Positions 1 through 12,000 of a DNA stretch of 64,000 nt are shown one piece after another. Under the pieces are notes generated by a model. That model saw only the letters and a program-made list of their open reading frames with translations, had not been told where the DNA came from and made no database searches. The position numbers were made by a program, and so were the translations under genes. Position 1 is the stretch's first letter. Each line of letters starts with the position of its first letter. The stretch comes from an uncultured Gammaproteobacteria bacterium (lineage in GTDB: Bacteria > Patescibacteriota > Patescibacteriia > 2-12-FULL-57-11): contig CAZYLV010000003.1 in the NCBI GenBank assembly GCA_964648865.1, positions 33,731-97,730 on the forward strand, in the 5' to 3' direction.

Positions 1-72
1 CGCGTCACGGCGGGAGACGTGGTCGTCGCGGGTACGGCCCGCGACCGGGCGCGACGCCTGTTCGTACCGTAA
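1..72 (+). CDS. atpH: ATP synthase F1 delta subunit, 3' end (partial)
   Basis: Frame 1 reads RVTAGDVVVAGTARDRARRLFVP*, resembling the delta C-terminus (xGDxVxDGSxRxRL); lies upstream of atpA. Confidence 0.6.
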   Translation, partial: RVTAGDVVVAGTARDRARRLFVP

Positions 73-102
73 AAAGAAAGGACGGACCACGCGTGGTCCG
101 TC
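70..102 (-). terminator. Intrinsic terminator of the 101-439 gene
   Basis: Perfect palindrome GACGGACCACGCGTGGTCCGTC followed on the minus strand by CTTTCTTTTT. Confidence 0.75.
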
Positions 103-439
103 AATCCTCCTGGAGGAAGTACCAGGAGAAGAATTCCGTCCGGGCGCTGTTGAGCAGCGTGACGCTGTCCGACAGGACGCCCAAGACGATCTCGTTCCTC
201 AGCTCCTCGGGAAGGCGGCCGACGTACGGCTTGACCCTCTTCTCGAGCGTGCTGAACGCTCCCATCCGCCGCGTGAACTCCGCGCGCCCTCCCTCGAGCG
301 CGTCCCAGCCCGTCTCGCGGATGACCTTGGAGAGCGCCTCGTGCTCGCGGAAGTACCGCAGCAGCATGTTCCACAACTCGTCCGGCTCCAGCCGCCGTTC
401 CGGGGGTATGGACCCGGAACCGATGCGATTCCTGCCCAT
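101..439 (-). CDS. Hypothetical protein (ORFan, 112 aa)
   Basis: ATG 439 with GGAGG 5 nt upstream, own promoter and terminator, plausible helical protein. Confidence 0.7.
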   Translation of the reverse strand: MGRNRIGSGSIPPERRLEPDELWNMLLRYFREHEALSKVIRETGWDALEGGRAEFTRRMGAFSTLEKRVKPYVGRLPEELRNEIVLGVLSDSVTLLNSARTEFFSWYFLQED

Positions 440-464
440 AGACACCTCCTGAACGGAACAGGGG

Positions 465-486
465 ACCCTAGCCCACTATACGTGAT

Positions 487-493
<7 letters not shown>
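465..493 (-). promoter_or_regulatory. sigma70-type promoter TTGACA-17-TAGGGT for the 101-439 gene
   Basis: -35 is the antisense of the atpA start ATGTCAA (488-493); 17-nt spacer. Confidence 0.55.
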
Positions 494-1982
<1,489 letters not shown>

Positions 1983-1992
<10 letters not shown>

Positions 1993-2008
1993 TGCATCAC
2001 GCCCCTAC
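1983..2008. repeat. GTAG-type REP-like palindrome overlapping the atpA stop
   Basis: Minus strand GTAGGGGCGTGATGCATCACGCCCAC; perfect core GGGCGTGATGCATCACGCCC. Confidence 0.65.
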
Positions 2009-2017
2009 GATCTGATT

Positions 2018-4383
<2,366 letters not shown>

Positions 4384-4384
4384 C

Positions 4385-4831
4385 ATGCCTCCCATCCGCT
4401 TCGAGATCACCTCGCCCGAGCGGCAGGTCGCCAAGATGGCGGTCGACCAGGTGTCGATCCCGACCGTGCTAGGCGAGATCACCGTGCTCCCGGGGCACCT
4501 GCCGCTGGTCACGGAGCTGGCGGCGGGCGAACTGCGCCTGCGCGTGGACGGCGAGACCCGTTCCTACGCGGTCGCCGGGGGTTTCGTGCAGGTCCGGCCG
4601 GGCGACCAGGTGGTCATCCTGGCCGACGCGGCAGAGCGAGACGATGAGCTGGACATCAAGGCCATCGAAGCGGCCGAGGAGCGGGCCCGCAAGGCGCTCA
4701 CGGAGCAGGTGCGCCTGGACGACTCGGCCTACGCCTCGGCCGTGGCCGCCCTGGAACATGAGATGGCCCGGTTGCGGGTGGCACGCAAACGCGCTCCGCG
4801 CAGCGCGCCGACGGTCCCCGGCGGCGGATGA
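4385..4831 (+). CDS. atpC: ATP synthase F1 epsilon subunit
   Basis: FEITSPER, GEITVLPGHLPL, GGFVQV; follows atpD. Confidence 0.96.
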   Translation: MPPIRFEITSPERQVAKMAVDQVSIPTVLGEITVLPGHLPLVTELAAGELRLRVDGETRSYAVAGGFVQVRPGDQVVILADAAERDDELDIKAIEAAEERARKALTEQVRLDDSAYASAVAALEHEMARLRVARKRAPRSAPTVPGGG

Positions 4832-4832
4832 G

Positions 4833-4858
4833 CAAGACGGCCCTCGGGGCCGTCTTGC
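4833..4858. terminator. Hairpin ending the atp operon
   Basis: GCAAGACGGCCC-TC-GGGGCCGTCTTGC inverted repeat right after the atpC stop. Confidence 0.6.
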
Positions 4859-4934
4859 GGTATTGACGCGTCGCCACGCGGCGGGTAGCCTCACGGGGCC
4901 GTCGGCGACGACCGCCGCGGCGGAGAGGAGACCC

Positions 4935-5441
4935 ATGTTCCTGAAGGACCCGACGCCTCGGGAGCGGCACGCCCTGAGCTGCGACATGATCGTGCTCATC
5001 TGCTGCGACTGGCGCATCTGGGAAGCGGAGCTCCGCAGCCACCTCGACCGGTGGCGCGCCGACCGGGCGCGCTACGACCTCCTGGCCGTCCCGGGGGGCA
5101 TCCATCGTCTGATCCACGGTCCGGAGCACCGCTCCAGGACGCTCCTGGAGGACCTCGACGGGCTGGTCGCGCAAGGCATGCCGGAGACCATCATCATGAT
5201 CCAGCACACGCACTGCGCGGTCTACCGCCAGGAGCGCCCGGAGATGGATGAGGGCGAAGAACAGGAGTGGCTGATCGACGACATCGGCGAGGCATGGGGG
5301 ATGCTGGACAGGCGTTACCCGCGGATTTCCGTGCAGGGCTACGTCGCCGAGATCGACGTGCATGCCGGCAAGATGCGCGGGCTCAAGCACACCCGCTACT
5401 CGATCCCGCCCGTCCCACCGGAGATGCCCTCGCGCGTCTGA
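4935..5441 (+). CDS. Divergent beta-carbonic-anhydrase-like protein
   Basis: C-x-D-x-R (CCDWR), VPGG and H-x-x-C (HTHC) zinc motifs; GAGGAG RBS; TTGACG..TAGCCT promoter at about 4863-4891. Confidence 0.7.
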   Translation: MFLKDPTPRERHALSCDMIVLICCDWRIWEAELRSHLDRWRADRARYDLLAVPGGIHRLIHGPEHRSRTLLEDLDGLVAQGMPETIIMIQHTHCAVYRQERPEMDEGEEQEWLIDDIGEAWGMLDRRYPRISVQGYVAEIDVHAGKMRGLKHTRYSIPPVPPEMPSRV

Positions 5442-5454
5442 GGACGGCAGGAAA

Positions 5455-5481
5455 CGGCACCCCGCGCGGTGCCGGTTTTTT
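5455..5481 (+). terminator. Intrinsic terminator of the CA-like gene
   Basis: CGGCACC-CCGCGC-GGTGCCG then GTTTTTT. Confidence 0.7.
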
Positions 5482-5520
5482 GTCCACGTCAATCCTCCGG
5501 AAAAAGAAAAACCGTCCCGA

Positions 5521-5913
5521 TCACGGGAGCGGCTGGCCGAGCTGGAGCAGCTCGTCGATGTGATTCTTGTACTCGACGCCCGGGGCGGGTTTGGCGACGG
5601 CCCGCGCGTCGGGGATGTCCGCCGCCGCCGGCGCCAGCGCCTCGTCGTTGCCCGAGGTCAGGATCACCGGCAGGCCCGGCCTGAGGATCCGCATCTCCCG
5701 CGCCACCTCGTCGCCGCGCATCCTGGGCGACTCGAGATCGGCGATGAGGATGTCCGGGAGCTGCGTCCGGCACGCCTCGAGCGCCTCGGATCCCCACCTG
5801 AACCACTCGAACCGCATGCGGACGCCGTAGAGCGCCTGCAGCGTCCGTTTCATCGCCCGTCCGACGAGCTCCTCGTCGTCGACGATGTAGCAGAGCTTCG
5901 TCTCGTCTCCCAC
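5521..5913 (-). CDS. Orphan single-domain response regulator (CheY-like receiver)
   Basis: IVDDE, DILIAD (phospho-Asp), P..G, VILTSG and AKP motifs; GTG start with GGAGG RBS. Confidence 0.8.
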   Translation of the reverse strand: MGDETKLCYIVDDEELVGRAMKRTLQALYGVRMRFEWFRWGSEALEACRTQLPDILIADLESPRMRGDEVAREMRILRPGLPVILTSGNDEALAPAAADIPDARAVAKPAPGVEYKNHIDELLQLGQPLP

Positions 5914-5940
5914 GCTTGCCTCCTGGGTGAGGGAGATGGG

Positions 5941-5969
5941 AACATAGCACCCTCCGATGCCGATGTCAA
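5941..5969 (-). promoter_or_regulatory. Promoter TTGACA-17-TATGTT for the receiver gene
   Basis: -35 (5964-5969) is the antisense of ATGTCAA in the helicase 5' end; TG extended -10. Confidence 0.6.
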
Positions 5970-8884
5970 TGCGCCCCGAGGACCTGCTCACCGACCTCAA
6001 CCCGGAGCAGCGGACGGCGGTCACCCACGACCGCGGCCCGTTGCTGATCGTGGCCGGGGCGGGGACCGGCAAGACCAGCGTCATCACCCGGCGCATCGGC
6101 TGGCTGATGGCCTCGGGCAAGGCGCCGGCCGAAGGGATCCTGGCGCTGACCTTCACGGACAAAGCGGCGGCCGAGATGGAGGAGCGGGTCGATCGGCTGC
6201 TGCCGCTCGGTTACGGCGACCTTTGGATGTCGACCTTCCACGGGTTCGGCGAGCGCGTGCTGCGCGAGCGGGGCCTGGAGATCGGCCTGCCCGGCGGCTT
6301 CCGCCTGCTCGACGAGACCGGCCAGTGGATGCTGCTGCGCCGCCACTGGGACGCGCTCAGGCTCGACTACTACCGGCCGCTCGGCAATCCCACCAAGTTC
6401 CTGCAGGCGCTCATCGCGCACTTCTCCCGCGTCCAGGACGAGCTGGTCGCGCCGGCGCAGTACCTGGAGTTCGCCAAGGCGCAGGCGCTGGACACCGACG
6501 CCGACGAGGCGCGCGACAGCGAGGCAAAGAGGCTGGCCGAGGTGGCCGAGACCTATCACGCCTACAAGCGCATCCTCCGCGACGAGGGCGCGCTCGACTT
6601 TTCCGACCTCATCAACGAGACGCTGCGGCTGTTGCGGGAGCGCCCGCAGGTGCTGGCCGAATTCCGGGCGCGCTTCCGGTACGTCCTGGTCGACGAGTTC
6701 CAGGACACCAACTGGGCGCAGTACGAACTGGTGAAGCTGCTGGCCGGGGACGCCAGGAACGTCACCGTGGTCGGCGACGATGACCAGTCCATCTACAAGT
6801 TCCGCGGCGCTTCCGTCTCCAACATCCTGGACTTCACGCGGGACTTCCCGGACGCGGCGCGCGTGGTGCTGACCCGCAACTACCGTTCGCGGCAGGAGAT
6901 CCTGGACTGCGCGCACGCCTTCATCCAACACAACAACCCGGACCGCCTCGAGGCCCGCATGGGTGAGGCGCTCTCCAAGAGGCTCGTCGCCGAGCGGGGG
7001 ACGGGCGGCGCCATCATCCGCCTGCATGGCAAGAGCCTGGGCGACGAGGCCCGGCTGGTGGCCGAGAAGATCCTTGAGCTGCACGAGAAGGACGGCGCCA
7101 GCTGGAACGACTTCGCCATCCTCAGCCGCGCCAACGACCACGCCGAGCCGTTCCTGCAGGCGCTCAGGGCGCGCGGCATCCCGCACGAGTTCGTGGCGGC
7201 GCGCGGGCTCTTCACCGACCCCATCGCCATCGACATCCTGGCCTACCTCCGGTGCCTCACGGACCCGAACGACAGCCCGTCCTTCTACCGGCTGCTGACG
7301 ACGCCGGTGGCGCCCATCGCCCATGACGCGCTGGTGGCGCTCACCCACCACGCGGCCAGGAAGGGCGTGACGCTGTTCGAGGCCGCCCGTCGCGCCGAGG
7401 CCGTGCCCGGGGTGGGGGAGGGGGCCGCCACGGCGTTGCGCACCCTGGTGGCGCTGCTGGAGCGGCATGGGCTCGAGGCGCGCCGCGCGCCGGTCGGACG
7501 CGTGCTGCTCGCCATGCTGCACGAGTCGGGCTACCTCAGGGCGCTGGCCAACCAGAGCGACGAGATGAGCCGCGAGGCCATGCGCGTGCTGCAGCAGTTC
7601 TGGAGGGCCGTCGAGGGCTTTTCCGCGGAGGAACCCGAGCCCACCGCCCAACGCTTCCTGCAACACGTGCGCATGCAGCTCGACGCCGGCGACTCCGGCT
7701 TCTTGCCGCCGGACCCGGAGGCCGGTCCGGAGCTCGTGCGTGTCATGACCTGCCATGCCGCCAAAGGGCTCGAGTTCGCCAACGTCTTCGTGGTCAATCT
7801 CGTGGACCGCCGCTTCCCGACGTCGGAACGCCGCGACGCGATTCCGGTGCCGGAGGCCTTCATCAAGGAACAGTTGCCCGAGGGCGACGCCCACCTCCAG
7901 GAGGAACGCCGCCTGTTCTACGTGGCCATGACGCGCGCCCGGGACCGGCTGTTCCTGACGTCGGCCGAAGACTACGGCGGCAGCCGCGCCAAAAAGCCCT
8001 CGCGCTTCCTGGAGGAGTCCGGCTTCGGGCCGGCGACCGCGGAGAGCCGCGAGCCGATCGTCGAGTTCGACCCGATGCCGCGTCCGGCCTTCGGCGCGCT
8101 GCCCATCCCGGAGCGGATGAGCTTCACGCAGTTCGCGGCCTTCGAGACGTGCCCGCTGCAGTACAAGTACGAGCACCTCCTGCGCATCCCCAAGCGCGGC
8201 AACGAGAACCAGAGCTTCGGACAGTCGGTGCACGGGACGCTGCAGGAGTTCTTCGAGCGTTACCGGGCCCGCGGGGCAGCGGCCGTGCCGACGCTCTTCG
8301 ACCAGGCGCCGGCCGCGGAGCGGAAGCCGGTCGGGCAGGTGGTGCCGCTCGACGAGCTGCTGGAGATCTATCGGGAGAAGTTCGTCGACGAGTGGTATGC
8401 GGATGCCGCGCGGCGCACCGAGCGTTATGAACGCGGCCGCGCGGCGCTCACCGCGTATTGGAACCGCATCGCCGGCGAGACGGTCGACATCGCGGGCATC
8501 GAGGTCGGGTTCACGCTCAAGTTCGGCGATGCCGTGGTCAAGGGCCGCATCGACCGCATCGACCGGCTCCCGGACGGGACGGTCCGCATCGTCGACTACA
8601 AGACCGGCAAACCCAAGGAGCGGCCGGACAAGGACCAGCTGTTCATCTACCAGCTGGCGGCACTGCGTGTCCTCGAGATGAGGCCGTCAGCGCTCACGTA
8701 CCACTATCTCGAGGGAGACGTGGAGACGTCGTTCCTCGGCACCGACGACGATCTCGCTGACCTTGAGGAGCGCATCAACGCGACCGTGGCCAAGATCCGG
8801 GCCAGCCGTTTCGACGCCACCCCCAACGTCTTGGCCTGCAGGTTCTGCGACTTCAAGGACATCTGCGAATCGCGCGTCGTCTAG
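5957..8884 (+). CDS. UvrD/PcrA-family helicase fused to C-terminal PD-(D/E)xK nuclease (AdnA/B- or AddA-like)
   Basis: AGAGTGKT, VDEFQD, VGDDDQSIY, TCHAAKGLEF, EERRLFYVAMTRA; GRIDRID/IVDYKTG; CP...CxxCxxxxxC Fe-S ligands. Confidence 0.93.
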   Translation: MPMSMRPEDLLTDLNPEQRTAVTHDRGPLLIVAGAGTGKTSVITRRIGWLMASGKAPAEGILALTFTDKAAAEMEERVDRLLPLGYGDLWMSTFHGFGERVLRERGLEIGLPGGFRLLDETGQWMLLRRHWDALRLDYYRPLGNPTKFLQALIAHFSRVQDELVAPAQYLEFAKAQALDTDADEARDSEAKRLAEVAETYHAYKRILRDEGALDFSDLINETLRLLRERPQVLAEFRARFRYVLVDEFQDTNWAQYELVKLLAGDARNVTVVGDDDQSIYKFRGASVSNILDFTRDFPDAARVVLTRNYRSRQEILDCAHAFIQHNNPDRLEARMGEALSKRLVAERGTGGAIIRLHGKSLGDEARLVAEKILELHEKDGASWNDFAILSRANDHAEPFLQALRARGIPHEFVAARGLFTDPIAIDILAYLRCLTDPNDSPSFYRLLTTPVAPIAHDALVALTHHAARKGVTLFEAARRAEAVPGVGEGAATALRTLVALLERHGLEARRAPVGRVLLAMLHESGYLRALANQSDEMSREAMRVLQQFWRAVEGFSAEEPEPTAQRFLQHVRMQLDAGDSGFLPPDPEAGPELVRVMTCHAAKGLEFANVFVVNLVDRRFPTSERRDAIPVPEAFIKEQLPEGDAHLQEERRLFYVAMTRARDRLFLTSAEDYGGSRAKKPSRFLEESGFGPATAESREPIVEFDPMPRPAFGALPIPERMSFTQFAAFETCPLQYKYEHLLRIPKRGNENQSFGQSVHGTLQEFFERYRARGAAAVPTLFDQAPAAERKPVGQVVPLDELLEIYREKFVDEWYADAARRTERYERGRAALTAYWNRIAGETVDIAGIEVGFTLKFGDAVVKGRIDRIDRLPDGTVRIVDYKTGKPKERPDKDQLFIYQLAALRVLEMRPSALTYHYLEGDVETSFLGTDDDLADLEERINATVAKIRASRFDATPNVLACRFCDFKDICESRVV

Positions 8885-8886
8885 CT

Positions 8887-9204
8887 ATGGCCATGGAACC
8901 GCTCGGCAAGCTGATCAAGAAGCAGATCGCCGCCAAGGCCGACTTGGCCGGGCCGTTGACCGCGGCGCGCATCGTCGCCGCAGCAGGGCAGGAGCTCGCC
9001 GACGCCTACCCGTCGCTCGCCAAGCGCGTCCGTGTGGTCTCCTTCCGCGACGGCATCCTCTCCGTGGCGACGGCCAGCGGCGCGGCGGCCGCGGAACTGC
9101 GGCTGCGCGAGGGCCGGTACCTTGCAGGCCTGCGCGCGCGTCTCGGCAGCGCCGTCCGTGCGTTGCGGTACGGTGTCGGCGCGCGGTACGATGGAGACGC
9201 ATGA
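8887..9204 (+). CDS. DUF721/DciA-like protein
   Basis: MEPLGKLI.. N-terminus and VVSFRDGILSV..S.AAAAELRL motif. Confidence 0.65.
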   Translation: MAMEPLGKLIKKQIAAKADLAGPLTAARIVAAAGQELADAYPSLAKRVRVVSFRDGILSVATASGAAAAELRLREGRYLAGLRARLGSAVRALRYGVGARYDGDA

Positions 9205-9584
9205 CCTTCCGTCAGTACATCATGGCCATGGGTCTCGGGACGCTCATCGCCTGGGCGGCCTTCCTGCTGATCGTCGCGCTCGTCGACCCGACGAGCGCCG
9301 GCCTGCTCGGCCTGGCGTTCTTCTACGTCTCGCTGGCCGTGGCCACGTCCGGCACGTTGGCCTTGATCGGACTCTTCGTCCGCACGGTCGTGGTCCGCAC
9401 TCAGGACGTGCTCTCAAAGCAGGTCACCCATGCGTTCCGCGAGGGCATGCTGGTGGCGCTGCTGGTGGTCGTCGCCCTGGCGCTCCAGCGCAACGGGCTC
9501 CTGAACATCCTCAATACCACGCTGCTTCTCGCGGTTTTGGTGCTGACCGAGCTGTTTTTCCTCTCCTATCGGCCCCGCGCCTAG
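9201..9584 (+). CDS. Small 4-TM membrane protein
   Basis: MTFRQYI..; hydrophobic segments; ATGA overlap with the previous gene. Confidence 0.75.
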   Translation: MTFRQYIMAMGLGTLIAWAAFLLIVALVDPTSAGLLGLAFFYVSLAVATSGTLALIGLFVRTVVVRTQDVLSKQVTHAFREGMLVALLVVVALALQRNGLLNILNTTLLLAVLVLTELFFLSYRPRA

Positions 9585-9629
9585 CCGGCTTGCCAGGCCG
9601 GAGGGGGGTCGGTACACTTTTTCGGCTAT

Positions 9630-10691
9630 ATGCTGAAGCGGTTTTTCGGGGCTTTCTCCCGCGACATCGGCATCGACCTGGGGACGGCCAACACCCTGGT
9701 CTATGCCAAGGATAAGGGGCTCGTCATCAACGAGCCCTCGGTCGTCGCCGTCAACACGCGGACCGGCCAGATCCTCGCCGTCGGCCGCGAGGCCAAGGAG
9801 ATGGCCGGCAAGACGCCGGCCCACATCGTCGTGGTGCGGCCGTTGCTCAAGGGCGTCATCTCGGACTTCGAGGTCACCGAGAAGATGCTCAAGCACTTCA
9901 TCCAGAAGGTCCATGCCGACCGCTCCATGCTCGCGCCGGCGCCGCGCGTCGTCGTCGGCGTGCCGCTCGAGATCACCGAGGTGGAGCGCAAGGCGGTGGA
10001 GGACGCCGTGCTCTCGGCCGGCGCGCGCGAGGTCTACCTCATCGAGGAGCCCATGGCCGCCGCGATCGGCGCCCGACTCCCCATCGAGGACGCCATCGGC
10101 AACATGATCGTCGACATTGGCGGCGGCACCACGGAGATCGCCGTCATCTCGCTGGGCGGCGTGGTCACCTGGAAGTCGCTGCACGTGGCCGGCGACGAGC
10201 TGACCCGCAACATCGTCCAGTACGCCCGCGACGTCTTCTCCATCCTGTTGGGCGAGCGCAACGCGGAACAGGTCAAGATCCGCATCGGCTCCGCGGCCGA
10301 GCTCGACGAGCCGTTGGAGATGGCCTTGCGCGGCCGCGACCTCATCTCCGGCTTGCCCAAGGAGATCGTCGTCACCGACGGGCAGATCCGCGAGGCCCTG
10401 GCGCGTTCCGTGAAGACCGTCATCGAGAACGTCAAGGCGACGCTCGAGAACACGCCGCCGGAGCTCGTCGCCGACATCTACGAGCGCGGCATCGTGCTGA
10501 CCGGCGGCGGCGCCTTGCTCAAGGGCATCGACAAGGCCATCGCCCGGACCGCGCAGATCCCGGTGCGCGTCGCCGACGACCCGCTGACGTGCGTGGTCCG
10601 CGGCACCGGCGTGCTGCTCGAGAACCCCGCCCTGCTCAAGATCATCGCCGTGCCGTCGGCGCGTGACGACCGCGGCCCGGCCGTCGGGTGA
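9630..10691 (+). CDS. mreB: Rod shape-determining protein MreB
   Basis: IGIDLGTANT, IEEPMAAAIG, VDIGGGTTE, LTGGGALL. Confidence 0.98.
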   Translation: MLKRFFGAFSRDIGIDLGTANTLVYAKDKGLVINEPSVVAVNTRTGQILAVGREAKEMAGKTPAHIVVVRPLLKGVISDFEVTEKMLKHFIQKVHADRSMLAPAPRVVVGVPLEITEVERKAVEDAVLSAGAREVYLIEEPMAAAIGARLPIEDAIGNMIVDIGGGTTEIAVISLGGVVTWKSLHVAGDELTRNIVQYARDVFSILLGERNAEQVKIRIGSAAELDEPLEMALRGRDLISGLPKEIVVTDGQIREALARSVKTVIENVKATLENTPPELVADIYERGIVLTGGGALLKGIDKAIARTAQIPVRVADDPLTCVVRGTGVLLENPALLKIIAVPSARDDRGPAVG

Positions 10692-10692
10692 C

Positions 10693-11496
10693 ATGCGCCT
10701 GCGCGTCCGCCCCGCGCCCGTCCTCGCCGCCGTCGGCATCCTCGCCGGCGGCGTCGCGCTTGCCGCGCTGCCCGCGGCCGCGCCGGTGCGCGACGGCGCG
10801 GCGCGCCTGCTGTTGGCTCCCGGTGCGGCCCTCGGCGCCGCCGCCCGCGGCCTGGCGACCGGCTGGCGTCAGGCACCCGATGCGGACAGCGCGCGGCTCC
10901 GCGAGGAGCGCGACGCGCTCGTGCTCGAGAACGCCAGGCTGCGCGGCACCGCCCAGGAGGCCGAGGAGCTGCGGGCGTTGCTCGCATACCGGGAGCGGAG
11001 CGGTCAGGAACCGGTCGCCGCGCGCGTCATCGGACGCACCAGCGACCTCGGTCTGGACGGCCTGCTCATCGACCGCGGCACGGACGACGGCGTGGGGGAG
11101 GGGATGGCCGTCATCGCCGGCGACGGCTTCTACCTCGGCCTGGTGCGCCAGGCCGGACCGACGACCGCCGTGGTGCTGCTCGGTACCGACAGCCGCCACC
11201 GCGTCGCGGCCATGCTCCAGAACGGCACGCGCAGCATCGGCTACGTGGAAGGCGGGCGCGGACTCGGCATGGCCATGCGGCTCATCCCGCAGGATGAGCG
11301 CGTCGATGCCGGACAGCTCGTCGTGACGTCCGGGTTGGATCCTGCCATCCCCCGCGGACTGGTCATCGGCCGCGTGGAGCGGGTGACGCGCGCGCCGCAG
11401 GAACCGTTCCAGACGGCGGTCGTCAGCCCGATGGTCGCCGCGGACCGGCAGTCCTTCGTGGCCGTGGTCCGCGTCACGACCCCGGACGCCCTATGA
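10693..11496 (+). CDS. mreC: Rod shape-determining protein MreC
   Basis: Coiled coil, ARVIGR, IDRGTDDGV, VVTSGLD..IPRGLVIGRV. Confidence 0.92.
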   Translation: MRLRVRPAPVLAAVGILAGGVALAALPAAAPVRDGAARLLLAPGAALGAAARGLATGWRQAPDADSARLREERDALVLENARLRGTAQEAEELRALLAYRERSGQEPVAARVIGRTSDLGLDGLLIDRGTDDGVGEGMAVIAGDGFYLGLVRQAGPTTAVVLLGTDSRHRVAAMLQNGTRSIGYVEGGRGLGMAMRLIPQDERVDAGQLVVTSGLDPAIPRGLVIGRVERVTRAPQEPFQTAVVSPMVAADRQSFVAVVRVTTPDAL

Positions 11497-11999
11497 TCCT
11501 CGGGTTCCTCCTCCGCCTGACGGCGATCGCCGCCTCGTTTTGGATGGACGTCTTCGTCCTGCCGGCGTTCGGCGTGCCGGAGGCGTTCTGGATCACCGCC
11601 GCCAGCCTGGCCTTCCTGGCACGCGGCCTGCCGCACGGCCGCGCCGCCGCGCTCGGGGCGGCGGCCGGGACGCTCTTTTCGCTGGTCGGCAGCTTGCCGG
11701 CCGTCGCCTATCTCGCCGCGGGGATCGTCGCGGGGTGGGGGACGGCCTGGGTGAGCCGGATGTACCTCAGCCAACGCTCGCTGGTCTCCATGGCCGGGCT
11801 GGCCTTCCTGTGCGCCGCGGCGTTCTGGTCCCCGGCGCTGATCCGCGCCTTCCTCGACGCCGCGCGCGGTGCCGACCCCGGCGCCTTCGCCGCGGCCATG
11901 CGTGCGGTGCTGCTCCAGGCGGCCGCCACCGCGGCGCTTTCCGTGCCGCTGGTGCTCGTCCGGCGCGCCGCCGACGTGCGTATCCATCGCCTGCGCTGA
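11493..11999 (+). CDS. mreD: MreD-like membrane protein
   Basis: Hydrophobic 168 aa ORF between mreC and mrdA; positional call. Confidence 0.6.
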   Translation: MILGFLLRLTAIAASFWMDVFVLPAFGVPEAFWITAASLAFLARGLPHGRAAALGAAAGTLFSLVGSLPAVAYLAAGIVAGWGTAWVSRMYLSQRSLVSMAGLAFLCAAAFWSPALIRAFLDAARGADPGAFAAAMRAVLLQAAATAALSVPLVLVRRAADVRIHRLR

Positions 12000-12000
12000 T

